NCBI RefSeq assembly: GCF_036759525.1
Contig: NZ_DAIOUN010000008.1
Location: 10,207 to 74,206, forward strand
Source: Flavobacterium sp.
GTDB taxonomy: Bacteria; Bacteroidota; Bacteroidia; Flavobacteriales; Flavobacteriaceae
Reading direction: 5' to 3'
DNA length: 64,000 nt
Shown: in pieces, positions 19,335 to 28,560 of the stretch
Layout: each line of letters starts with the position of its first letter
How positions within the stretch are numbered: position 1 is the first letter of the stretch
Notes under the pieces: model-generated
Database searches by the model: none
What the model was told of the DNA's origin: nothing
The model's input: only the letters and a program-made list of their open reading frames with translations
Program-made: the position numbers and the translations under genes

Positions 19335-20171
19335 ATGAAAAATATATTTAAAAATTTAAGTTTAGTTTTCCTTTTTGCTGCTGCTACTTTAGTAAGTTGT
19401 GGAGAAGAAACTACTACTTATGATGTAGATGGAGGGGATACTGTATATTTCTTTTTCAATTCTACAGCAAGTGTACCGGTTTCAACTGAAGGTGGTAGTG
19501 CAGAAGTTAAAGTTGGTGTAACTACACGTTCTAATGTAGATAGAACATATGCTGTTACTGTAAATGCAGAAGAAACTACTGCTCCAGCTAATACTTATAC
19601 TATTAATAGTTCATCACTCGTAATTTCAGCTGGTGAATATACAGACACTTTCTCAATTTCTGGTGTTTTTGCTAATATTCCTGATGGAGTTACTTATGTT
19701 CTTACATTAGATTTGACACCTACTGATGGATATGCTATGGCTGGTAAAAAGAAGTTAGTTGTTAACATTTTTAGATCTTGTCCTACTAGTTTAGCAGGTC
19801 TATACTCTGTGACTACTACTTATGCTTATCATGATTTCTTACCAAGTTTTAATCCTCACACTATTAATAGTGTACAGATTTTTGCTGGAACTGGAGTTAA
19901 TAATTATTATGTAAATGATTTCTCAGGAGGTTTATACTCAGTAGGTCCATACTGTACAGCTTATGGAACTTGTAATTTAACTCAAAACAGACTTAATTTT
20001 ACTGTAAATTGTGGTCAAGTTTCTTGGACAAATCAAATTGAACCTTATGGTCCTCTTGAAATGTTATCTGGTGGTGTAAATACCTACAATCCTGCGACTG
20101 GAGTAATAACTATATCTTGGTTCGCTCCAACTTATGGTGAAGAAGGTGTTTCAGTATACACTCCACTATAA
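19335..20171 (+). CDS. Surface lipoprotein of unknown function, third gene of the SusCD cluster
   Basis: Lipobox TLVSCGEE. It is 18 nt downstream of susD and is followed by a terminator. Confidence 0.7.
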   Translation: MKNIFKNLSLVFLFAAATLVSCGEETTTYDVDGGDTVYFFFNSTASVPVSTEGGSAEVKVGVTTRSNVDRTYAVTVNAEETTAPANTYTINSSSLVISAGEYTDTFSISGVFANIPDGVTYVLTLDLTPTDGYAMAGKKKLVVNIFRSCPTSLAGLYSVTTTYAYHDFLPSFNPHTINSVQIFAGTGVNNYYVNDFSGGLYSVGPYCTAYGTCNLTQNRLNFTVNCGQVSWTNQIEPYGPLEMLSGGVNTYNPATGVITISWFAPTYGEEGVSVYTPL

Positions 20172-20196
20172 TTTAACAATTCATTTTGTTTATAGA

Positions 20197-20226
20197 AAGA
20201 GTCCTGAATTCAGGACTCTTTTTTTA
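20197..20226 (+). terminator. Intrinsic terminator closing the SusCD cluster
   Basis: AAGAGTCCTG / CAGGACTCTT forms a 10-bp stem with an AATT loop, followed by a T-run. Confidence 0.75.
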
Positions 20227-20265
20227 TTTTTAGTTTTCTTTTACTTTTAATTTTAATGAATCAGT

Positions 20266-20273
20266 TATATTTG
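20266..20273 (+). promoter_or_regulatory. -7 promoter box (TAtaTTTG) for the putative porin gene
   Basis: Exact match, 16 nt upstream of the ATG at 20290. Confidence 0.45.
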
Positions 20274-20289
20274 CCTACATTTTATAGGG

Positions 20290-22248
20290 ATGAGTAAAAT
20301 AACACTTCTTTTTTTATTGGTATCTTCTTTCTTATTTGCTCAAATAAGACAAGAGAGAGTACTCGGAGGTTCAAATGTTCCTATGTCCGATTCTACAGCT
20401 TTTAAAGATGTCACGCAAGACAAAGCGTTAAAAGCTAATATCAATCAGTACAAAATATTTTCTATTGAAAGAGATACTGTTATTGTTGATACCAGTTTAA
20501 CCATTCAAAAAGAGTACAGATACAATTATCTAAGAAAAGATATTTTTGGTTTGTTGCCTTTTGCTAATGAAGGTCAAACTTATACTACTTTATTTTATGG
20601 TCTTAAAAAGTCAAGTGCTTTTCCCCAAATGGGTTTTGTAGGTAAACATTTTAATTATTCCTCTGCTCAGGATATTCTTTATTATCATGTTCCTACACCT
20701 TTAACCGAACTTTATTTTAAAACGGTTATGGAACAAGGACAATCTTTAGATGCCTTTATAACCCTTAATACTTCTGAGAATTTTAACTTCTCTCTAGCTT
20801 ATAAAGGACTCAGATCGGTGGGAAAGTTCATTAATCAACTTTCAAGTACCGGAAATTTTAGGTTTACTACTAATTACAGTTCACCCTCCAAAAGGTATTT
20901 TTTGAAGGCTCATTTTGTAGCACAAGATATTTTAAACGGTGAAAATGGTGGAATTATTTTTAAAGAAGACTTTGAAAGTGGTGACCCCGAGTTTGAATCG
21001 CGTGCAAGATTGCAAGTGTACTTAGAAAATGCTACAACACTACTTAAAGGAAATCGCTATTTTCTAAATCAATCTTATTGGCTTGGAAATCCTACGTCAG
21101 AAAATAAATTCTACTTAATCAATCAAATTAATTTTGAACACAAATTCTTTGAATTTAGTCAACCCACTGTTTCTACTTCAATAACTACGCCTCAAGGTAA
21201 TGTAAACTTTAATCGTTTTGGTGAATCTTTTGTGACTCAAAATAATAAAACAAAAACACGATATTCAAAATTCGATACCAATTTAGGAATTGGTTACGAT
21301 TCTAAAATGGGCGTTTTTAATACTTATATTCAAAATTTTAATTACAATTATTTTTACAATAGAGTTATAGTATCTGAATCAGAATTCATTCCCAACGCAA
21401 TAAATGAAAATATTACCGTTTTAGGTGGGAGTTATGCTTTACAAAAGAATTCATTTGCAACTCGTGTTAAATTCTTTTCATCCTTATCCCAACAAGAGGT
21501 TTCAGAATTTTCGGCAGATTTGAATTATAAGTTTAATAAATTAGATTTGTCACTATCTCTACAACATATTTCAAAACTTCCAGACAATTTGTTTACATTA
21601 TTTCAAAGTGATTATGCTACTTACAATTGGTTTAATCAATTTAATAATGAAAAAATAAATTCAATAGAAGGTCAAATAAAATCGCCTTGGGTAGATGTAT
21701 CGCTACAATATAAATCAATAGCCGATTTTTTATATTTTAGTGACGATTCAACAGACGGAAATGTATTGTCTGTAACCCCTAAACAATATCAAAATACAAT
21801 TAATTATCTTAGTCTTCAGTTTAGAAAAGAATTTACTTGGTGGAAATTAGGATTAGATAATACCGTTTTGTATCAATCGGTTTCTCAACCAGACCCAGTT
21901 TTAAATTTGCCCGAAGTAACACTTCGCTCCTCTCTGTATTTTTCTGATTTTTATTTTAAAAAAGCATTGTTTTTACAAACCGGATTTATTGTAAATTATT
22001 TTTCAGCTTATCATGCTGACAATTACAATCCGCTCATTGCTTCCTTTTATACACAAAACCAAACTAAAATTGGAAATTTTCCCATGATTGATTTTTTTAT
22101 CAATGCTAAAATCAAACAAACACGTATTTATCTAAAAGCAGAGCATTTCAATTCTTCACTTACTGGATTTAATTATTACAGTGCTCCCGATTATCCTTAC
22201 CGTGATTTTATTGTTCGATTTGGTTTAGAGTGGAATTTCTTTCAATAA
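20290..22248 (+). CDS. Putative outer-membrane beta-barrel protein (Bacteroidota 'putative porin' family)
   Basis: It has a signal peptide, an aromatic-rich alternating pattern and a C-terminal ...RFGLEWNFFQ. I assign the family from memory of similar Flavobacteriia proteins; this was not searched. Confidence 0.6.
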   Translation: MSKITLLFLLVSSFLFAQIRQERVLGGSNVPMSDSTAFKDVTQDKALKANINQYKIFSIERDTVIVDTSLTIQKEYRYNYLRKDIFGLLPFANEGQTYTTLFYGLKKSSAFPQMGFVGKHFNYSSAQDILYYHVPTPLTELYFKTVMEQGQSLDAFITLNTSENFNFSLAYKGLRSVGKFINQLSSTGNFRFTTNYSSPSKRYFLKAHFVAQDILNGENGGIIFKEDFESGDPEFESRARLQVYLENATTLLKGNRYFLNQSYWLGNPTSENKFYLINQINFEHKFFEFSQPTVSTSITTPQGNVNFNRFGESFVTQNNKTKTRYSKFDTNLGIGYDSKMGVFNTYIQNFNYNYFYNRVIVSESEFIPNAINENITVLGGSYALQKNSFATRVKFFSSLSQQEVSEFSADLNYKFNKLDLSLSLQHISKLPDNLFTLFQSDYATYNWFNQFNNEKINSIEGQIKSPWVDVSLQYKSIADFLYFSDDSTDGNVLSVTPKQYQNTINYLSLQFRKEFTWWKLGLDNTVLYQSVSQPDPVLNLPEVTLRSSLYFSDFYFKKALFLQTGFIVNYFSAYHADNYNPLIASFYTQNQTKIGNFPMIDFFINAKIKQTRIYLKAEHFNSSLTGFNYYSAPDYPYRDFIVRFGLEWNFFQ

Positions 22249-22315
22249 GAATCTCGTAGTAGATTTTGCTATCTTTTACATTAATCAATACCTTTACAAA
22301 CTTTAAGATACCTCT

Positions 22316-23677
22316 ATGAAATATGCTGAAAATATTTTAGGAACCATTGGAAATACACCTTTGGTTAAAATAAATAAAATTACAAAAGATTTGGATTGTT
22401 TGGTTTTGGCTAAGGTTGAAACTTTTAATCCCGGTAATTCTGTAAAAGACAGAATGGCCCTAAAAATGATTGAAGATGCAGAAGCCGATGGAAGATTAAA
22501 ACCTGGAGGAACTATAATTGAAGGTACTTCAGGAAATACAGGAATGGGTCTTGCTTTAGGAGCTATTGTCAAGGGATATAAGTTGATATGTGTTATCACA
22601 GATAAACAGTCAAAAGAAAAAATGGATATTTTACGAGCTGTTGGTGCAAAAGTAATTGTTTGTCCAACCGATGTAGAACCCGATGACCCAAGATCGTATT
22701 ATTCTGTTTCCAAAAGATTGGGTACCGAGATTCCTAATTCTTGGTATGTGAATCAATATGATAATCCTTCAAATGCTATTGCCCACTATGAACAAACAGG
22801 TCCTGAAATTTGGGAGCAAACCGAAGGTAAAATTACGCATTTTGTCGTGGGTGTTGGTACCGGAGGTACAATATCCGGTGTGGCAAAATATTTAAAGGAA
22901 CAAAACCCAAATGTAAAAGTGTGGGGAATTGACACCTATGGTTCCGTATTTAAAAAATACCATGAAACCGGTATATTTGACGAGAATGAAATTTATTCCT
23001 ATATCACAGAAGGAATAGGTGAAGATATCCTTCCCAAGAATGTTGATTTCTCTTTGATTGACGGTTTTACTAAGGTAACAGATAAAGATGCCGCTGTTTT
23101 TACCCGAAAATTGGCTCTTGAGGAGGGAATATTTGTAGGTAATTCTGCCGGTGCTGCTATCAAAGGAGTGCTTCAACTTAAAAACGAGTTCAAACCGGAT
23201 GATGTTGTTGTCGTTTTGTTTCACGATTCGGGAAGTAGATATGTAGGGAAGATGTTCAATGATGATTGGATGCGGGAGCGTGGTTTTCTCGATGAAGAGA
23301 AAACAATTGCCTTGGATTTAATTGCATCGCACAGTTCTAAACCTTTGGTTACGGTTAGAACAGAAGAATTGGTTTCCCATGCCATTGAACGTTTGAAAAA
23401 GTTTAATATTTCACAAATTCCCGTAATCGATACTACCGGATTTGTAGGTTCTTTAGATGAATCCGATTTGTTTAAAAGTTATTTTGAATCAAAGGATATT
23501 GCCAACAAACCTATTCGTGAAGTTATGGGTAGGCCCTATCCTATAGTTTCTCAAAATGCACCAATAGAAGAAGTCACAAAACTCATTAACAAAGAAAATC
23601 AAGCTGTTTTGGTTGAACTTGAAAATGGGAAATATCATATTATTACCAAACACGATATTATAAGTTCAATAAATTAA
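22316..23677 (+). CDS. Cystathionine beta-synthase-like PLP enzyme (CysK/CBS fold fused to a C-terminal CBS-domain pair)
   Basis: The PLP-lysine motif NSVKDRMA and the GNTG loop are present. The C-terminal ~120 aa look like two CBS motifs. Confidence 0.85.
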   Translation: MKYAENILGTIGNTPLVKINKITKDLDCLVLAKVETFNPGNSVKDRMALKMIEDAEADGRLKPGGTIIEGTSGNTGMGLALGAIVKGYKLICVITDKQSKEKMDILRAVGAKVIVCPTDVEPDDPRSYYSVSKRLGTEIPNSWYVNQYDNPSNAIAHYEQTGPEIWEQTEGKITHFVVGVGTGGTISGVAKYLKEQNPNVKVWGIDTYGSVFKKYHETGIFDENEIYSYITEGIGEDILPKNVDFSLIDGFTKVTDKDAAVFTRKLALEEGIFVGNSAGAAIKGVLQLKNEFKPDDVVVVLFHDSGSRYVGKMFNDDWMRERGFLDEEKTIALDLIASHSSKPLVTVRTEELVSHAIERLKKFNISQIPVIDTTGFVGSLDESDLFKSYFESKDIANKPIREVMGRPYPIVSQNAPIEEVTKLINKENQAVLVELENGKYHIITKHDIISSIN

Positions 23678-23710
23678 AAAAAGAGCCACTCCAAAGGAGT
23701 GGCTCTTTTT
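23676..23710. terminator. Bidirectional intrinsic terminator between the CBS-like gene (+) and the PNGase-F-like gene (-)
   Basis: AGAGCCACTCC / GGAGTGGCTCT forms an 11-bp stem flanked by A- and T-runs. Confidence 0.75.
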
Positions 23711-25382
23711 ATTCTGTACCAATTAAAATTCCGGAAATATTCCACGAACTAAAACTGCCACCTTCCGGTTTACCTTGCGGAATTTTTATTTGTATCGTGT
23801 GATTACCTATAGGTAAATCACCCAAATCGATATCTATGGGATAGGTAACAGTTCCCGGACACCAGTTAGATCTGCTGTAGTCTGAAGAGGACAAACCGTT
23901 CGAGAAATTCCCTGAAGCCGGATTGTATAGCCTGTAAGAACCGCAATCGGTTCTCCATGGGGTAAAACTAAAAACAATCTCATTATTCAAAAGCACCGTA
24001 TTTTTTTTAGGAACAAATTCATCTCCGTTAGACCATCCCCCGTGTCCGGTTGTAATATATCTAAGTCGTACGTTTTTCAATGGCTTTTCAATTGTAAATG
24101 CTACTTTCAAACCTTCTTCTGAATCAAATAGGGTTCCATATTCTTGCCCGGCCATCTCTAACACATTCGTAGTATTAAACAAAGGAATGTATTGATTGGT
24201 TTTGATTTCATTTTCTTCTCCATTATGAATAGTAAAATCTAACGTAACCTTGTGACCGCCTTTATCATAATTACCTATAAATACACCAACCCATAACTCT
24301 TTATTGCTTAGATAGTCATTTAAATCACTCAAGTCCTGTCTGTAACTTACTTTGTCATGCCAAGTCTTATCTTTTAACTGAATGTAATTGTAATGATTAA
24401 TACCAAAAGGAGTGAAAAAACGCATGATTTCAACTAATGGGGTAAAATCAGAATTGGCAACCACACCTTGATATTTTTTAGAATTATTATTCTCATATTT
24501 GGGAAGTTCATTTACACCAAATTTCATACCGTCAAGAAATGAAATTTTTTTATCTTCAGGAATCACAAATACGCTACCTGTTCTATCATAGGCATCACCA
24601 TTGGATTGTGTAATAAGTTCAGCAAATAGTTGTGAACCTTTTTTTATTTCGGGGAATTTTATTTTTCGAATAATTACGGTTCCGTTGGCAAATTTGAGAA
24701 TACTATCATTTGATTTTGAAGTTTCAGAAAAGCATATTTGCTCATTTTTGAATACTGAAATTGTTTTAAAACGAGCTTTCCAAATTAAATCTTTGTAAGT
24801 TAATGTGTTTACAGCTTTAGTAGAAACTTTTGGAGGTAATGCTTCCTGGGGCATTTGTTTTATTTTTTCTATAGATTTTACTTTTATAGTAAAGTTTCCG
24901 TTACGCGTAATTTCTAAGACCAAACCTAATTCTTGTCCTAAAAGCGTTGGAGAACCCCAATATCCGGAGCTTTTAGTATACCAAACTTCTAAAGTATTCG
25001 AATTAATAATACTAACCGCTTTATGGCAAGTATAGCCCAAAATTATTTTTTGTTCATCGCTAAAAGTGAATTTTTGATTCTCAATTTGAATACTATCCAC
25101 CGTTTCAATGGCTTGTTTTTCATTTAGTTGAGACCATGATTTGGTGTCCCAATGGGGTCTGTTAATGATGGAAAGTTCAAAAGGATATGAAGCCTTTTTT
25201 GAAATAATAGACGCATTGGTGAGAATGGTTTGATTGGCATCTGTAAAAACCAGAATAGGTTCAGAATTTGTAGGTTTTCCGTTGGAAAAGGTTTCATAAG
25301 AAATTTTTAATGCAGATTCCTTCTTTTGGGCATTACCCCAAATGCTTATAAAAAATAATATTAGTAAGAAGTTGCTTTTCAT
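23709..25382 (-). CDS. Secreted protein: N-terminal GLPGLI-like region fused to a peptide-N-glycosidase F (PNGase F)-like region
   Basis: There is a signal peptide. The N-terminal part (KISYETF...ILGYTCHKA...WYT...GQELGLVLEI) resembles the GLPGLI family. The C-terminal part (TTGHGGWSNGDEF...DCGSYRLYNPASGNF...SRSNWCPGTVTYPIDIDL) resembles the PNGase F C-terminal domain as I remember it (...GNWAPDRAGWCPGMAVPTRIDVL). Confidence 0.6.
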   Translation of the reverse strand: MKSNFLLILFFISIWGNAQKKESALKISYETFSNGKPTNSEPILVFTDANQTILTNASIISKKASYPFELSIINRPHWDTKSWSQLNEKQAIETVDSIQIENQKFTFSDEQKIILGYTCHKAVSIINSNTLEVWYTKSSGYWGSPTLLGQELGLVLEITRNGNFTIKVKSIEKIKQMPQEALPPKVSTKAVNTLTYKDLIWKARFKTISVFKNEQICFSETSKSNDSILKFANGTVIIRKIKFPEIKKGSQLFAELITQSNGDAYDRTGSVFVIPEDKKISFLDGMKFGVNELPKYENNNSKKYQGVVANSDFTPLVEIMRFFTPFGINHYNYIQLKDKTWHDKVSYRQDLSDLNDYLSNKELWVGVFIGNYDKGGHKVTLDFTIHNGEENEIKTNQYIPLFNTTNVLEMAGQEYGTLFDSEEGLKVAFTIEKPLKNVRLRYITTGHGGWSNGDEFVPKKNTVLLNNEIVFSFTPWRTDCGSYRLYNPASGNFSNGLSSSDYSRSNWCPGTVTYPIDIDLGDLPIGNHTIQIKIPQGKPEGGSFSSWNISGILIGTE

Positions 25383-25462
25383 AATTCATTTTATTTGAAA
25401 CAAAAGTACAGTATTAAATTAAATTTAGTAATTTAGTTCCATACACTCCATACAAATTTATT

Positions 25463-26734
25463 ATGAAAGAATCTTTTTTGCATTTCATTTGGCAAAATAA
25501 AAAATTTGATTTTACTCATCTTCAAACTACTTGCGGAAAATCAATTGTAATTATTGATACAGGTCAATTTACTCAGAAATCCGGCCCCGATTTTTTTAAT
25601 GCAAAGTTGATAATAGACAATCAAAAATGGGCTGGTAATGTTGAAATGCATTGCAACTCGTCCGATTGGTTCTTACACCATCATGAAAAAGATGACAAAT
25701 ACAATAATGTTATTCTTCACGTAGTTTGGAATCATGATTCGGAGGTTTTTACAAAAGGGAATCATACCATTCCTGTTTTAGAAATAAAACAATATACACC
25801 GACTAACTTGCTATTTAACTACGAAAATCTATTACAACCCAAAACGTGGATTAACTGTGAAAATCAATTGCAAAACGTGTCAAATGAACGATTACTCTTT
25901 TGGTTTGAGCGGCTGTATATTGAACGATTGGAAAAGAAATCACTTGAGATACAGAAATTACTTGAAACGTGTGTATACGATTGGGAAGCTACCTTTTTCT
26001 TTTTTTTAGCAAAAGGTTTCGGTTTAAATAGCAACGGAGAATTGTTTTATGAAAATTTACTTCAAATTCCTTATTCTGTTATTCGAAAAGAAAAAAGCAA
26101 TTTACAATCTCTGGAAGCATTATTTTTGGGGGCTAATGGGTTACTTGAAAATGAAATCCAAGATAGATATGGGAATGAATTGAAATCAATATGGATTTAT
26201 TTGAAACAAAAATACAATTTATCAAATGCTATCGTAAAACCTGAATTTTTTAAACATAGGCCGGATAATTTTCCAACTATTAGATTGGTTCAGTTGGCTT
26301 CATTGGTCTATGAACATCAATTTTTGTTTGATTATTGTATGACTCATCATTCGTTGCCGTTTTTCTATTCCACTTTCAAAACGTCTGTGTCCGATTATTG
26401 GAAAACCCATTATTTATTTGATAAAGTTTCAAAAAATAAAAACAAATTGATTTCAAATTCCTTTATTGATTTGCTATTGTTAAATGTTGTGTTGCCCGTA
26501 AAGTTTGCTTTTCAAATGCATCAAGGAAATTCAGATATTGATCAAATCACACAATTGGCTTTTGCATTAAAACCCGAAGCCAATACCATTGTAAGTCGTT
26601 TCAAGGATTTGGGAATTGAAGCTCAAAATAGTTTGGAATCCCAGGCTCTTTTGCAATTGAAAAAGGAATATTGTGCCTTAAATAAGTGTTTGAATTGTGT
26701 TATTGGACAAAAGTTAATTAACTTTACAACTTAA
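25463..26734 (+). CDS. DUF2851-family protein
   Basis: The N-terminus MKESFLHFIWQNKKF is the characteristic opening of this Bacteroidota family (from memory). The length is about 420 aa. Confidence 0.7.
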   Translation: MKESFLHFIWQNKKFDFTHLQTTCGKSIVIIDTGQFTQKSGPDFFNAKLIIDNQKWAGNVEMHCNSSDWFLHHHEKDDKYNNVILHVVWNHDSEVFTKGNHTIPVLEIKQYTPTNLLFNYENLLQPKTWINCENQLQNVSNERLLFWFERLYIERLEKKSLEIQKLLETCVYDWEATFFFFLAKGFGLNSNGELFYENLLQIPYSVIRKEKSNLQSLEALFLGANGLLENEIQDRYGNELKSIWIYLKQKYNLSNAIVKPEFFKHRPDNFPTIRLVQLASLVYEHQFLFDYCMTHHSLPFFYSTFKTSVSDYWKTHYLFDKVSKNKNKLISNSFIDLLLLNVVLPVKFAFQMHQGNSDIDQITQLAFALKPEANTIVSRFKDLGIEAQNSLESQALLQLKKEYCALNKCLNCVIGQKLINFTT

Positions 26735-26742
26735 TTTTTTTT

Positions 26743-26970
26743 ATGAAAGGAATTCACAAATTAAGGAGTTTTTTTGAAAAATACGGGTTTCATGTATCGT
26801 CTCGTTTAGCCGATAGATTGGGTATGAGAGCTTCAAATGTGAGACTTTTTTTTATTTACATCTCTTTTGTAACGGTGGGTTTATGGTTTGGTGTCTATCT
26901 GACACTAGCTTTTTGGTTGAAATTAAAAGACATGATTCACACCAAAAGATCTTCTGTTTTTGACCTTTAA
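26743..26970 (+). CDS. PspC-domain membrane protein
   Basis: A 75 aa ORF. An amphipathic N-terminus is followed by ...LGMRASNVRLFFIYISFVTVGLWFGVYLTLAFWL, which fits a PspC-type domain plus a TM helix. Confidence 0.65.
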   Translation: MKGIHKLRSFFEKYGFHVSSRLADRLGMRASNVRLFFIYISFVTVGLWFGVYLTLAFWLKLKDMIHTKRSSVFDL

Positions 26971-27052
26971 GACAATATAAATAAGGCATTGTTTTTTTTT
27001 AAAACTTTTTTTTTGCATCTTGCTGAACAAAATATAAAACAAATTTAACTTT

Positions 27053-28549
27053 ATGAGGAAGTTACTCACTCTTTCAACTTTATTTATACCCACTTTACTA
27101 ATTGCACAGGAAAAAGGATTGGATGAAAAAATTAATGATATAATTAAGCCAGCCGTAGATTTAATGGCGAGTGTTTTCTTTTATAAACCTCTAGAACACC
27201 TTGGTTTTGATATGCCATTGGTAGTTTTATGGTTGGTTTTAGGAGCCACTTTTTTTACTCTTTATATGGGTTTTATCAATTTGAAAGGGATCAAACATGC
27301 CTATCAATTGATTCGTGGTGATTATGATAAACCCGAAGATCAAGGTGAAGTTTCCCATTTTCAAGCTTTAGTAACGGCACTTTCCGGAACAGTAGGTTTG
27401 GGTAACATTGCCGGAGTTGCGGTGGCTATATCACTAGGAGGAGCGGGTGCGACTTTTTGGATGATATTGGCCGGTTTTTTGGGAATGTCCTCTAAGTTTG
27501 TTGAGTGTACATTGGGTGTAAAATACAGAAAGTTAAATGATTTGGGAGAAGTATCAGGCGGACCTATGTATTACCTCTCCGAAGGATTAAGACGAAAAGG
27601 TTTTGCCGGTTTGGGTAAAGTGTTGGCAGTCGTATTTGCTATATTAGCCATTGGAGGTTCTTTTGGAGGTGGAAATATGTTCCAAGCCAATCAATCATTT
27701 GCTCAGTTAGCCAATGTTTTCCCTTTCTTTGAGGGAAAAGGTTTTTGGTATGGTTTGGTAGTAGCGTTTTTTGTTGGAATTGTAATTATTGGGGGGATAA
27801 AAAAGATTGCTAGTGTTACTGATAAGATTGTTCCTTTCATGGTTGGTATTTATGTACTCACTTCTTTAATTATCATTTTTGTTAATTTCCAACATATTGG
27901 TGATGCCTTTAGTCAAATATTTTCAGGTGCATTCACGGCAGATGGAATTACCGGAGGTGTAATAGGCGTTTTAGTTGTTGGATTCCAACGTGCCGCTTTT
28001 TCAAATGAAGCAGGAGTAGGTTCGGCCGCTATTGCACATTCAGCTGTAAAAACAGATGAACCGGTTAGTGAAGGTATTGTAGCTCTTTTGGAACCTTTTG
28101 TAGATACCATCATTGTTTGTACCATGACCGCTTTGGTACTTATTTTTTCAGGATACGCTGCCGATACTCAAGGGATGACAGGGTCTGCACTTACTTCGGC
28201 TGCATTTAGTAGTGTGTTGCCTTGGTTTAAGTATGTTCTTTTGGTGGCAATCATTCTTTTTGCATTCTCAACTATGATTTCGTGGTCTTACTACGGAATG
28301 AAATCGTGGACTTTCCTTTTTGGGAACACCAAAAAAATGGAGAATTTGTACAAAGTTTTATTTTTGATATTCGTTGTTTTGGGTTCTTCGGCAAGTTTAG
28401 GTGCAGTGATTGATTTCTCAGATATGATGATTTTAGGAATGGCTTTCCCAAATATATTAGGACTCTACTTTTTATCTAGTGAAGTAAAAGCTGATTTAAA
28501 AGATTATTTTAAAAGATTAAAGTCAGGCGAAATAAAGAAATACAATTAA
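27053..28549 (+). CDS. Alanine/glycine:cation symporter (AGCS family)
   Basis: ...[35 protein letters not shown]... is the AGCS signature. The protein is polytopic and about 500 aa long. Confidence 0.9.
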   Translation: MRKLLTLSTLFIPTLLIAQEKGLDEKINDIIKPAVDLMASVFFYKPLEHLGFDMPLVVLWLVLGATFFTLYMGFINLKGIKHAYQLIRGDYDKPEDQGEVSHFQALVTALSGTVGLGNIAGVAVAISLGGAGATFWMILAGFLGMSSKFVECTLGVKYRKLNDLGEVSGGPMYYLSEGLRRKGFAGLGKVLAVVFAILAIGGSFGGGNMFQANQSFAQLANVFPFFEGKGFWYGLVVAFFVGIVIIGGIKKIASVTDKIVPFMVGIYVLTSLIIIFVNFQHIGDAFSQIFSGAFTADGITGGVIGVLVVGFQRAAFSNEAGVGSAAIAHSAVKTDEPVSEGIVALLEPFVDTIIVCTMTALVLIFSGYAADTQGMTGSALTSAAFSSVLPWFKYVLLVAIILFAFSTMISWSYYGMKSWTFLFGNTKKMENLYKVLFLIFVVLGSSASLGAVIDFSDMMILGMAFPNILGLYFLSSEVKADLKDYFKRLKSGEIKKYN

Positions 28550-28560
28550 AATTTTCTCCA

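Noticed and set aside
22303-23224. Minus-strand ORFs 22303-22599 and 22892-23224 inside the CBS-like gene, and 31625-31969 inside the recombinase gene
   Set aside because: These are shadow ORFs opposite confidently identified enzymes, with no independent signals.
26971-27052. A possible glycine riboswitch upstream of the alanine/glycine:cation symporter
   Set aside because: The gap is only 82 nt and is almost pure A/T. It has no GGAGAG...CACCG-type conserved cores and no paired aptamer-sized structure.
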